Positions 37,139 through 45,701 of a stretch of 64,000 nucleotides of DNA are shown here, one piece after another (positions within the stretch are counted from its first letter, which is position 1; each line of letters begins with the position of its first letter). A program made the translations under genes and the position numbers. Under the pieces are notes generated by a model. It was given only the letters and a program-made list of their open reading frames with translations, was not told where the DNA came from and searched no databases. The stretch is from NCBI GenBank assembly GCA_035293945.1, contig DATGLV010000027.1, positions 11,630 to 75,629 of the forward strand. Direction: 5' to 3'. This DNA is from Xanthobacteraceae bacterium. GTDB lineage: Bacteria > Pseudomonadota > Alphaproteobacteria > Rhizobiales > Xanthobacteraceae.

Positions 37139-38863
37139 GTGAAGTCAGCCATTCCCCGCCGCAGCCCTGGCGACGCCATGCCGCTCTTGGTGCTGGTGAT
37201 GGTGATCGCCGCCAGCGCATTGATCGCGTGCCTGCTCGCGGTCGTGCTGTGGCTTGCTTTCACCGACGGCAGTCCAGGCATAGACCTTTCGTACACATTG
37301 CAGAATTTCGTCGACGTATTTTCCGATCCGCGCACGTTCACGGTCCTGCGCGACACCATCGGCTTTGCCTTGATCGCCCTGGTGGTAGCGCTTGCCTTCG
37401 GTCTTCCCTGCGCCTGGCTTGCCGAGCGCACTGATTTTCCTGCCAAGACGTTCCTTTTCACCCTGATGGCGATCGGCCTGTTGATCCCGGGCTTCGCGGC
37501 CGCGATGGGTTGGTTGTTCCTGCTGCATCCGCGCATCGGCCTCCTGAACCAGGTTCTGATGAGCACGCTTCATTTGGCTGCCGCGCCTCTCAACATCAGC
37601 AGCATCGTCGGCATGGGCTTCGTGCAAGGACTGAACCTCGCACCGCTCGCCTTCATCATGACGGCGGCAGTGTTTCGTTCGCTTGACCCGACGCTCGAGG
37701 AAGCCGCGCTGATGCATGGCGCCGGCTCTTTCGGAGTGGCGCGCCGGATCACCCTGCGGCTCGCCTGGCCGGGCATCCTGGCCGCCGCCATCTATGTGTT
37801 CATGACCGCGTTTGCGGCCTTCGATGTCCCGGCGATCATCGGCTGGGGCAACCGCATTTTCACCTTCACGACCTACCTCTATCTCCTGCTCAATCCGCAG
37901 GACACGCTGCCCCGCTATGGGCTCGCTGCCGCGCTGAGCACGGTCGCCATGGCGATCGCAGCGCTGATGAGCACGTGGTACGCCCGCATGCAGCGGCGCT
38001 CGCGCCAGTTTGCAGTGATCAGCGGCCGCGCTTATCGGCCGCGGACGATCCGGCTTGGGCGGCGAAAGCTCGCAGCCTGGAGCTTCGTCGGGCTCTATTT
38101 GCTCCTCGGCAAGCTGTTGCCGATTGCGCTCACCGCCTGGAGCTCGCTTTTGCCGTTCTTCCAGCTGCCCTCGGCGCGGGCGCTCGCCACCATCTCGCTC
38201 GCCCACTACTTCGCGCTGCCCTGGGACCTGGTGCTCACCGCGCTGGGCAATACCTGCATTCTGGCCGTGCTCACGCCGACGCTCACGCTTGCGCTGAGCT
38301 TGGCCTTCTCCTGGGTGGTGCTACGCTCCAAATTTCCCGGTCGCGGCGCCTTCGACTTCATCGCCTTCCTGCCGCATGCCGTGCCTTCGATCATCTTCGG
38401 GGTTGGCGCGCTCTTGCTGGCGCTCTTCGTCGTCCAGCAGGCTGTGCCGATCTATGGCACGATCTGGATCCTGCTGATCGTGTTCACGGTCGCCCGCTTG
38501 AGCTACGGCACCCGCATGACCAATAGCGGCCTCATCCAGATCCATGCCGATCTCGAGGAATCGGCGCTGATGAGCGGCGCCAGCCAATGGCGCGCGTTCA
38601 CCCGCGTCGCGCTGCCGCTGCTGGGGCCGACCCTGCTTTATGCCTGGCTCTGGATCGCGCTGTTGATCTTTCGCGAATTGACGCTCGCGGTCGTGCTCTC
38701 GACAGCCGACAATCCGACCTTTCCGGTCGCGGTATGGAGTCTCTGGCTCGGCGGCGGGCTCGGCCAAGCCTCGGCGCTCGCCATGGTGATGCTGGCGATG
38801 ATGACGCCGATGATCGCGCTCTATTGGCTGATCGCCCGCCGGCAAGGCTTGGGAGCGGGCTGA
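37139..38863 (+). CDS. ABC transporter permease, fused two-domain (FbpB/ThiP-like)
   Basis: The GTG start has a GGAGGG ribosome-binding site 4 nt upstream. The protein is 574 aa with about 12 TM segments. Two EAA-like loops are present (LEEAALMHGAGSF and LEESALMSGASQW). Confidence 0.85.
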   Translation: MKSAIPRRSPGDAMPLLVLVMVIAASALIACLLAVVLWLAFTDGSPGIDLSYTLQNFVDVFSDPRTFTVLRDTIGFALIALVVALAFGLPCAWLAERTDFPAKTFLFTLMAIGLLIPGFAAAMGWLFLLHPRIGLLNQVLMSTLHLAAAPLNISSIVGMGFVQGLNLAPLAFIMTAAVFRSLDPTLEEAALMHGAGSFGVARRITLRLAWPGILAAAIYVFMTAFAAFDVPAIIGWGNRIFTFTTYLYLLLNPQDTLPRYGLAAALSTVAMAIAALMSTWYARMQRRSRQFAVISGRAYRPRTIRLGRRKLAAWSFVGLYLLLGKLLPIALTAWSSLLPFFQLPSARALATISLAHYFALPWDLVLTALGNTCILAVLTPTLTLALSLAFSWVVLRSKFPGRGAFDFIAFLPHAVPSIIFGVGALLLALFVVQQAVPIYGTIWILLIVFTVARLSYGTRMTNSGLIQIHADLEESALMSGASQWRAFTRVALPLLGPTLLYAWLWIALLIFRELTLAVVLSTADNPTFPVAVWSLWLGGGLGQASALAMVMLAMMTPMIALYWLIARRQGLGAG

Positions 38864-39042
38864 CGTTCGCGAATTTGCCCGATCCGCGTTGTTGCAGCGT
38901 GTGCGAGCGCACGCTTCTCGGCCCATCGCGTGCGCAACCCCCCAGCCTAGCCCCCCGCAAACAGGGGCGGGAACGGGAGGGGGATTTTGCGCACGCTGCC
39001 AAGCCTCACACGGTGATTTCGCACACCCTGCAAACTACCGGA

Positions 39043-39657
39043 TCAGACCCAGGCGCGATCGAGGCCGCGGGCCGCCAGCATCTCGGCGATGCGTTTGCGC
39101 GCATAGAACATACGGGTCTTCACCGTGTTCTGCGGCACCCCGATGATTTCCGCGACATCTTCGATGGTACGTTCGTGATAGTAGACCAGATCGATGATCT
39201 CGCGATGCGCCGGCGACAATTGCGTGAGGCACTCGCGCAGGATCTCATTGCGCTCGGTCTTCTGTATCGCGGCCTCCGGATTCTCGGACGGATCCTCGAT
39301 GAATTCGAGGACATCCTGGTCCAGCTCCTCGGTCGAGCGCCGCCGTAGCGCCGACAGCGCCTTGTGGCGAGCGATGGCCAAGAGCCAGGTGGAGACCTGT
39401 GAGCGGGCCGCAAACTGGCGGGCATTGCGCCACACCTCGATGAATACCTCGCTGACCAGGTCCTCTGCGGTCGCCTCGCTGTCCACGAAACGCATCAGGA
39501 ACCGGAAGACCCTCACGTTATGGCGCGCGAACAGAACCTGCATCGCGTGCTTGTCGCCCTGGGCAACGAGGCCGACCAGCACATGGTCCGAGGTCGTTCT
39601 GTCAGCCGAGCTCCGTCGGCCGGCCGCGGCAGCCGCGATTGCATCGCTGTACTTCAT
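39043..39657 (-). CDS. ECF-type sigma-70 family RNA polymerase sigma factor
   Basis: I chose the ATG at 39657. Region 2 reads DLVSEVFIEVWRNARQF and region 4 reads LSPAHREIIDLVYYHERTIEDVAEIIGVPQNTVKTRMFYARKRI. Confidence 0.85.
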   Translation of the reverse strand: MKYSDAIAAAAAGRRSSADRTTSDHVLVGLVAQGDKHAMQVLFARHNVRVFRFLMRFVDSEATAEDLVSEVFIEVWRNARQFAARSQVSTWLLAIARHKALSALRRRSTEELDQDVLEFIEDPSENPEAAIQKTERNEILRECLTQLSPAHREIIDLVYYHERTIEDVAEIIGVPQNTVKTRMFYARKRIAEMLAARGLDRAWV

Positions 39658-40000
39658 GGCTGAACCCCGTCTCCCTGGCACGCTTCTCGCGTGTCTGCTC
39701 GCTGCCATGGTTAACAGGACGTCGTTTCGCGACGATTGCGCCGAGGCGGAAAACGGTTTCGTCGGAGCAAAGAATTGTTTCGTGACCCACAGATCGAAGA
39801 AACAATCGGAGTAGCGGGTTGCCACCAAGCCGGGCTGAGGGACCTCAGGCGTGGGTTTTTTATCCTAGCCTTCGCTGCCTTCGGTTCTGCATCTGCGGCA
39901 TTTCCGCACCGCGCGAGCCGATGGCGGCGAAGCCCGGAGAACTCTATGCTAGTGGCAACTGGCGGCAACCAAGCAGGGGTGCCCCGGGGGCGTTAGAACA

Positions 40001-40996
40001 ATGGGGGTCTGGCCGAGACATTTGGCAGTCGGGTCCGGCATCGCGCTCGCGATGCTCGCGCTCGCGGGTGAGCTCGACTCCGTTGTGGGGCGCGAATTCC
40101 GCGCTGCCGACATCCAGGAGGAGAGCTACCCGACCGTTCAGGCGCTTCTCTACATGGACAAGCTGGTCGAGGAGCGAACCGGCGGGCGCCACAGCATCCG
40201 GGTGTTCCATTCGCGTCAGCTTGGCGAAGAAAGCCAGACCATCGAGCAGACCCGAGTCGGAGCCATCGACCTCAACCGAATCAATGTGGCGGCGATCGGC
40301 GATGTCGCCCCGGTGCTGAGCGTTCTGGCGCAGCCGTTCCTGTTTCACTCGATGGACCACCTCTATAAGGTGATCGATGGGCCGATCGGCGATGACATTC
40401 TTCGCGCCATCGAGCCCGACGGTTTCATCGGTCTCACCTTCTACGATTCGGGGGCACGCTCGATCTACACCCGCTCCCCGCCGGTGCGCAGCCTCGCCGA
40501 CATGAGAGGACTTCGCATCCGGGTGCAACAATCCGACGTAATCGTGCGCATGATGAAGGCACTGGGCGCGGAGCCGGTGGTCCTTCCCTACGGGCAGGTG
40601 CTCACCGCGCTCTCGGCCCGCTTGGTCGACGGGGCGGAGAACAACTGGCCATCCTATGTGACCACCGGCCATTACAAAGTGGCGCACTACTACACGGTGA
40701 CCGAGCACACGATGGGGCCGGAAGTGCTCGTCATGTCGCGCCGTGCCTGGGATGAGCTATCCGACCCCGACCGCGCAATCTTTCGCGCCGCCGCCCGCGC
40801 ATCGAGTGCCTTCATGCGCGCGCAGTGGCAAAGCTGGGAGGAGCGCTCCAGGCAACAGGCCGCCGAAGGCGGCACCACCATAATCGACAATTTCGACCGC
40901 CAATCATTCGAGGACGCGACCCGGCCCCTGCGCGAAGAGCTGCGCGCAGATCCGAAATTCAGGCCGTTGATCGACCGTATCCTGGCCGTGCAATGA
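40001..40996 (+). CDS. TRAP-type (DctP family) periplasmic solute-binding protein; no dctQM is present
   Basis: It has a signal peptide. DctP-family patterns are present (FHSRQLGEESQTIEQTRVGAIDL, LRIRVQQSDV...MKALGAEPVVLPYGQVLTALSARLVDGAENN). Confidence 0.85.
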   Translation: MGVWPRHLAVGSGIALAMLALAGELDSVVGREFRAADIQEESYPTVQALLYMDKLVEERTGGRHSIRVFHSRQLGEESQTIEQTRVGAIDLNRINVAAIGDVAPVLSVLAQPFLFHSMDHLYKVIDGPIGDDILRAIEPDGFIGLTFYDSGARSIYTRSPPVRSLADMRGLRIRVQQSDVIVRMMKALGAEPVVLPYGQVLTALSARLVDGAENNWPSYVTTGHYKVAHYYTVTEHTMGPEVLVMSRRAWDELSDPDRAIFRAAARASSAFMRAQWQSWEERSRQQAAEGGTTIIDNFDRQSFEDATRPLREELRADPKFRPLIDRILAVQ

Positions 40997-40999
40997 GCC

Positions 41000-43048
41000 A
41001 TGGATCAGCAGCCACCAGCCCACGCATCTCCCGGAACGGTCTCCGCCGCGCGGATTTCCGGCATAGTGGACCGGTTGCGGGTGCTGCCGATCCGCTGGCG
41101 TATTCTTTCGATCGCCACGCTCAATATGCTGGTCGCGATCGTCTTCATCGCTATCGTCTGGAACGGCGCACAGGTGCTGGCGACCGCGCGCAACAGCTTG
41201 CAGGCGAGCCGCGAGGCGGACCGACAGCTCACCGTGCTGGAGACTGAGGCCGGGCGCCTGCAGAGCCTCATTCATCGCTATTTTACCCAGCCGAATGCCG
41301 ATTTGCTGCAGGAGATAACGGCACTGCGTAACGCCTTGCTGGCTACGCTGCAGAACCCGGCATTCACTGATCCGAACTTCTCCGCCTCGACCGCCGACGT
41401 GGTGCAGGCAACCGAGCGCTTCCTCGCCGGCTTCGACCAGCTGCGCGCACTGCAGAGCGGCATCATGGAGACCTATGAGAATCAGGTGCTGGCGCCGGCG
41501 CGGGAAATGTCCGGCCTTTACGCCATTATCGAGGACGCCACCAACGACCGCAGCGCGCTGGTGTGGCCGGCGCTGAGCAAGTCGCGCGAATCCTTCTCCG
41601 AGACTCTGGTTCAAACCGACGTGTTCTATCTCCAGCATGGCAGCGACACCGCCGACGAGGTCATCCGCAACCTGGAGCGCATCGAGAGCACGGTGCCGGT
41701 CATGCTCGACCTTGCCGACAGCGAGTTGCAGCGCGGAGCGTTGCGCGCGATCGCGACCAATGCGGCTTCGTGGCGGATGGGGATCGCGGAGCTGAAGAAG
41801 AGCTTCGCCATCCGGGCGCAGCTTTTGAGCGATGCGATCGACGGCAATCAGGCCGCCATGGCCGATGTGGTCGAGCGCCTGTCGATCGGCATGCGCGAAC
41901 GCGAGCGCCTCGCCTACAACCGCTTCGCCCGCACGCTCGATGATCTTTTTGCGGGCCTTGCCATCGCGGTTGCGCTGTCGGTGCTGGTCTCCATCCTGAT
42001 CGGCATTGCCATCGCGGGCAGCATCGTGCGTCCCTTGCGCGGCCTCATGAGCGCGATGGACGCAATCGTCTCGGGGCATTATGGGCAACGGGTCGACGAT
42101 TTGGACGCCCAGGACGAGATCGGGGAAATGGCCCGCGCGGTCGAGGTGTTCCGCGCCAACGCAATTGCCAAGCGACAGGCCGAGCTCGACCTCAAGGCCT
42201 CCAAGGAGAACGCCGAAGACGCCCTGCGCGATCTGCAGGAAGCGCAGCGCAGCTTGATCGAGGCGGAAAAATTCGCGGCACTCGGCGGCCTGGTCGCGGG
42301 CGTCGCCCACGAGGTCAACAATCCGGTCGGTATCAGCCTCACCGTGGCATCGAGCTTCGCACGGCGTTGTACCCAGTTCGCCGACGAGATCCGCGACGGC
42401 GCGGTGCGCCGCTCCAAGCTCGAGGAGTTCATCGCCGGAGGCCAGGAGGCCGCCAAGCAGCTCCTCAGCAATCTCACGCGCGCCGCCGACCTGATCCAAT
42501 CGTTCAAGCAGGTCGCCGTCGACCGCAGTGATGCGGAGCGACGAGTGTTCAATCTCAAGGAGGCGACCGAGCAGATCATGGTGAGCCTGCGGCCCGCCCT
42601 GAAGCACTCCCTGGTCTGCCTCGCGATCGAAGTGCCGGAGGAGATCTCGCTCAAGAGCTATCCGGGCCCTTACGGTCAAGTGCTGACCAATCTTGTGCTC
42701 AACGCCCTCACCCACGCGTTTCCCGACAAGCGGGCCGGCGCACTCAGGCTGACGGCCCGCAAGCTCGGGACCGAGGAGGTCGAGATCGAGTTTGCCGATG
42801 ACGGCGTCGGCATGAGCGAGGATGTGCAGCGGCGCGCTTTCGAGCCGTTCTTCACCACCCGCCGCAACCGCGGCGGCACCGGGCTCGGCCTGCACATCGT
42901 CTACAACCTGGTGACGCTCCGGCTGGGCGGATCGCTGCGGCTCGAATCGCACCCCGGGCACGGCTCCGTCTTCCGCATCCGCTTGCCGCTCGCCGCCCCC
43001 AAGGAAGAGCGCCTTGATACCTCGCTGACCCTCGCGGAGATGGAATGA
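41000..43048 (+). CDS. sensor histidine kinase with a large helical periplasmic domain, HAMP, HisKA-like and HATPase_c
   Basis: It has two TM segments, at about residues 33-55 and 326-348. HAMP reads SIVRPLRGL...DEIGEMARAVEVF. The H-box is GVAHEVNNPVG and the G-box is GTGLGLHIV. It starts 3 nt after the binding-protein stop. Confidence 0.85.
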   Translation: MDQQPPAHASPGTVSAARISGIVDRLRVLPIRWRILSIATLNMLVAIVFIAIVWNGAQVLATARNSLQASREADRQLTVLETEAGRLQSLIHRYFTQPNADLLQEITALRNALLATLQNPAFTDPNFSASTADVVQATERFLAGFDQLRALQSGIMETYENQVLAPAREMSGLYAIIEDATNDRSALVWPALSKSRESFSETLVQTDVFYLQHGSDTADEVIRNLERIESTVPVMLDLADSELQRGALRAIATNAASWRMGIAELKKSFAIRAQLLSDAIDGNQAAMADVVERLSIGMRERERLAYNRFARTLDDLFAGLAIAVALSVLVSILIGIAIAGSIVRPLRGLMSAMDAIVSGHYGQRVDDLDAQDEIGEMARAVEVFRANAIAKRQAELDLKASKENAEDALRDLQEAQRSLIEAEKFAALGGLVAGVAHEVNNPVGISLTVASSFARRCTQFADEIRDGAVRRSKLEEFIAGGQEAAKQLLSNLTRAADLIQSFKQVAVDRSDAERRVFNLKEATEQIMVSLRPALKHSLVCLAIEVPEEISLKSYPGPYGQVLTNLVLNALTHAFPDKRAGALRLTARKLGTEEVEIEFADDGVGMSEDVQRRAFEPFFTTRRNRGGTGLGLHIVYNLVTLRLGGSLRLESHPGHGSVFRIRLPLAAPKEERLDTSLTLAEME

Positions 43049-44799
43049 GCGACGAGCCTGACATCGTGCGGGTGATCGAGGACGCCGACGCGGCCTCCGT
43101 CGAGGAGGCGCTCCCGGCCTGGAAGGTCGCCGTCATCGACGACGATCCGGCCGTGCACGAGGGTACGCGCTTCGCGCTCTACGACTACAGCCTGCAGGGA
43201 CAGGGCATCGAGATCCTTTCCGCCTATTCGGGCGAGGAGGGCCGCACGCTCATGCGCACGGTTCCGGACATCGCCGTCATCCTGCTCGATGTGGTGATGG
43301 AGAGCGACGATGCCGGCCTCGCCCTCGTGGACTATATCCGCACGCAACTCAAGAACGAGGCGGTGCGCATCATCCTGCGCACCGGGCAACCCGGCCAAGC
43401 GCCCGAGCGGCAGGTGATCGTCGATTACGACATCAACGACTACAAGGCGAAGACGGAGCTGACCGCCGACAAGCTCTTCACCTCGCTCACCACCGCCCTG
43501 CGCAGCTATCAGCAGATCCAGCGCATGGTCGAGACGCGTCGCGGCCTGGAGATGATCATCGACGGTGCCTCGACGCTCTACGACTTCAAGTCGATGCAGC
43601 GTTTGGCGGAGGGCGTGCTGACACAGATCGCTTCGCTCATCAACGTCGAGTGCGGCGGCATATTGGTGCTGCGCGATTCCGGCGGTGGGCAGGAAAAATT
43701 CTCGGTTCTCGCCGGCTCCGGCTGCTACCGCCGCTTTGCCGGCGCCGTCTCGGCCGCGGCGCTGGATGCCATGCTGGAACAGGCGGTGCGCAGCGCCTTC
43801 GCGCGCCGCACGCATCAATTCCTTCCCAAGCTGTCGGTCTTGTATATCCACACGTCGAGCCAGCGCGAGATCGTGGTGGTGCTGGAAACGGCGCGGCCGA
43901 TGTCCGCGACCGACCGGGCCCTGGTGGAAGTGTTCTGCAGCCGCCTTTCCGTCGCCTTCGACAACGTCATTCTCTACGACCAGCTGCACGAGGCGAACAT
44001 CCGTCTGGAGGAGCGGGTGCGCGAGCGCACCCACGAGCTCATGACCGTCAATCGACGCCTCGCCTCCCAGTGGTCACACCTGCGCCGCTCGAACCAGTTC
44101 AAGAACGAGATCCTCGGCACGGTCGCCCACGACCTGCGCAACCCGCTCGGCGTCATCCTCGGACGCTCCGAGCTGATGAAGGAGCTGATGTCGGCCGAGC
44201 CTGTTGCGATCGACAAGATCCGAGACCAGCTCGGCCACATCCGGGCGTCCGCCAGCCAGATGACTGAGCTCGTCAACGACCTGATCTCGGACGCAATGAT
44301 GGACGCGCACAACATCGCCATCCGGCACGAGCAGGTCGACCTCGCCGCCATGCTCGGCGACATTGTCGCCGCCAATCGGGCGCTTGCCGAAAAGAAGCGC
44401 CAGACGATCAATCTGGTGGCGCCGCCGCACCAGCTATGGGCCTGTGATCCGGAACGGCTGCGTGAAGCCGTCGACAATCTGGTCAGCAATGCGATCAAGT
44501 ACAGCCCGGTCGGCGGCAATATCGAGCTCGCGATGCGGCTCGCTGACGGCGACCTGTTGATCTCCGTCGCCGACGAAGGCCCTGGGCTTTCCCCCGACGA
44601 TGTGTCACGCCTGTTCGGCCGCTTTCAGCGTCTCTCCGCTCGTCCGACCGGCGGCGAAAGCTCGACCGGATTAGGGCTTTCCATCGTCAAGCGCATCGTC
44701 GAGCTGCACGGCGGTGGCGTCAGCGCGCAAAGCCCCGGTCCCGGCCGCGGCACGACCTTCACGATCCGCCTCACCGCTGCCGCAGGTGCGGAACGATGA
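43045..44799 (+). CDS. hybrid protein: N-terminal receiver + GAF/DUF3369-like middle domain + HisKA + HATPase_c
   Basis: REC reads VAVIDDD, VILLDVVMESDDAG, RIILRTGQPG and INDYKAK. The H-box is GTVAHDLRNPLG and the G-box is STGLGLSIVKRIV. Its ATG overlaps the upstream stop as ATGA. Confidence 0.85.
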   Translation: MSDEPDIVRVIEDADAASVEEALPAWKVAVIDDDPAVHEGTRFALYDYSLQGQGIEILSAYSGEEGRTLMRTVPDIAVILLDVVMESDDAGLALVDYIRTQLKNEAVRIILRTGQPGQAPERQVIVDYDINDYKAKTELTADKLFTSLTTALRSYQQIQRMVETRRGLEMIIDGASTLYDFKSMQRLAEGVLTQIASLINVECGGILVLRDSGGGQEKFSVLAGSGCYRRFAGAVSAAALDAMLEQAVRSAFARRTHQFLPKLSVLYIHTSSQREIVVVLETARPMSATDRALVEVFCSRLSVAFDNVILYDQLHEANIRLEERVRERTHELMTVNRRLASQWSHLRRSNQFKNEILGTVAHDLRNPLGVILGRSELMKELMSAEPVAIDKIRDQLGHIRASASQMTELVNDLISDAMMDAHNIAIRHEQVDLAAMLGDIVAANRALAEKKRQTINLVAPPHQLWACDPERLREAVDNLVSNAIKYSPVGGNIELAMRLADGDLLISVADEGPGLSPDDVSRLFGRFQRLSARPTGGESSTGLGLSIVKRIVELHGGGVSAQSPGPGRGTTFTIRLTAAAGAER

Positions 44800-45521
44800 G
44801 CGAGCGCCAGCACATCATGGTGGTCGACGACGAGGCGCCAGCGCGCGAGATGGTCGCTGACTATCTGCGCCTGCACGGCTTCGCGGTGACGGGTTGCGAT
44901 GGCGGCGCCAGCCTTCGCCGGGCGCTGGCCCGGGAGAAAGCCGATCTGATCGTGCTCGATCTCAACATGCCGGAGGAGGATGGGCTCGCAATCATTCGCA
45001 GCCTCAAGCAGCAAAGCACGGTGCCCATCATCATGCTGACCGCGACCGCCGGCGCGATCGACCGCATTGTCGGCCTTGAGCTCGGCGCCGATGATTATCT
45101 CGCCAAGCCCTGCGAGCTGCGCGAGCTGCTGGCCCGCGTGCGCTCCGTGCTGCGGCGGAGCGCACAGGCCGGCAATCCCGAAAGAACGGCGCCGCCCAGC
45201 GCCCTGGTCCGCTTCGGAACCAAATGGCTCGACTTGAACGCCCAGATCCTGCGCGACGACCTCGGCAACGAATTTCCTCTGGCGGGTTCCGAGTTCGCGC
45301 TGCTCAAAGTCTTTGCCGAGAATCCCAAAAGGGTGCTCTCGCGCGAGCAACTGCTCGATCTTGCCGAAGCGCGCGACCGGGAAGCCTTCGATCGCGCGAT
45401 CGACGTGCGCATCACGCGGCTGCGCCGCAAGATTGAGCCGGACCCGACCCACCCGTCGGTCATCCGGACGGTGCGCGGCGCCGGCTATTTGTTTTCGCCC
45501 GGTGGCAGCGAGGCAGCCTGA
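44796..45521 (+). CDS. OmpR/PhoB-family response regulator
   Basis: It reads IMVVDDE, IVLDLNMPEEDG, LTATAG...DDYLAKP and IDVRITRLRRKIE...IRTVRGAGYLF. It has an ATGA overlap with the upstream kinase. Confidence 0.9.
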   Translation: MSERQHIMVVDDEAPAREMVADYLRLHGFAVTGCDGGASLRRALAREKADLIVLDLNMPEEDGLAIIRSLKQQSTVPIIMLTATAGAIDRIVGLELGADDYLAKPCELRELLARVRSVLRRSAQAGNPERTAPPSALVRFGTKWLDLNAQILRDDLGNEFPLAGSEFALLKVFAENPKRVLSREQLLDLAEARDREAFDRAIDVRITRLRRKIEPDPTHPSVIRTVRGAGYLFSPGGSEAA

Positions 45522-45701
45522 GGCTCGGTCGGCCGGTGGCGCGGCTCGACCGTTAGGACATCCTCAACCAAGATTCGTTGCGACCGTTAAGCTCCAATTA
45601 AATTTACGCGCCGATTCCCGCCGCCTATTCGGACAGCGGAACCCATCCGCAATTTTCACCATCTAGTCCAAGGGGGAGGCGGGCGCGCGGCATCCTCGCG
45701 C

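Noticed and set aside
38598-39002. A 134-aa reverse ORF downstream of the ECF sigma gene, considered as a candidate anti-sigma factor.
   Set aside because: It mostly overlaps the ABC permease 3' end. Its composition is Arg/Ser/Ala/Pro-rich, and it has no TM helix or zinc-binding anti-sigma motif.
39700-39800. An ECF-type autoregulatory promoter (GGAAC-N16-CGTT-like) upstream of the sigma gene. The reverse strand reads cacGAAACaattctttgctccgaCGAAaccgtt.
   Set aside because: The match to ECF -35/-10 consensus elements is too loose to call without knowing the ECF group.
39833-39862. A hairpin (CTGAG-ggac-CTCAG) followed by GGGTTTTTTA, which resembles an intrinsic terminator on the + strand.
   Set aside because: The stem is only 5 bp. 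There is no upstream + strand gene to terminate. The T-run is separated from the stem by 7 nt. It is more probably part of the divergent promoter region.
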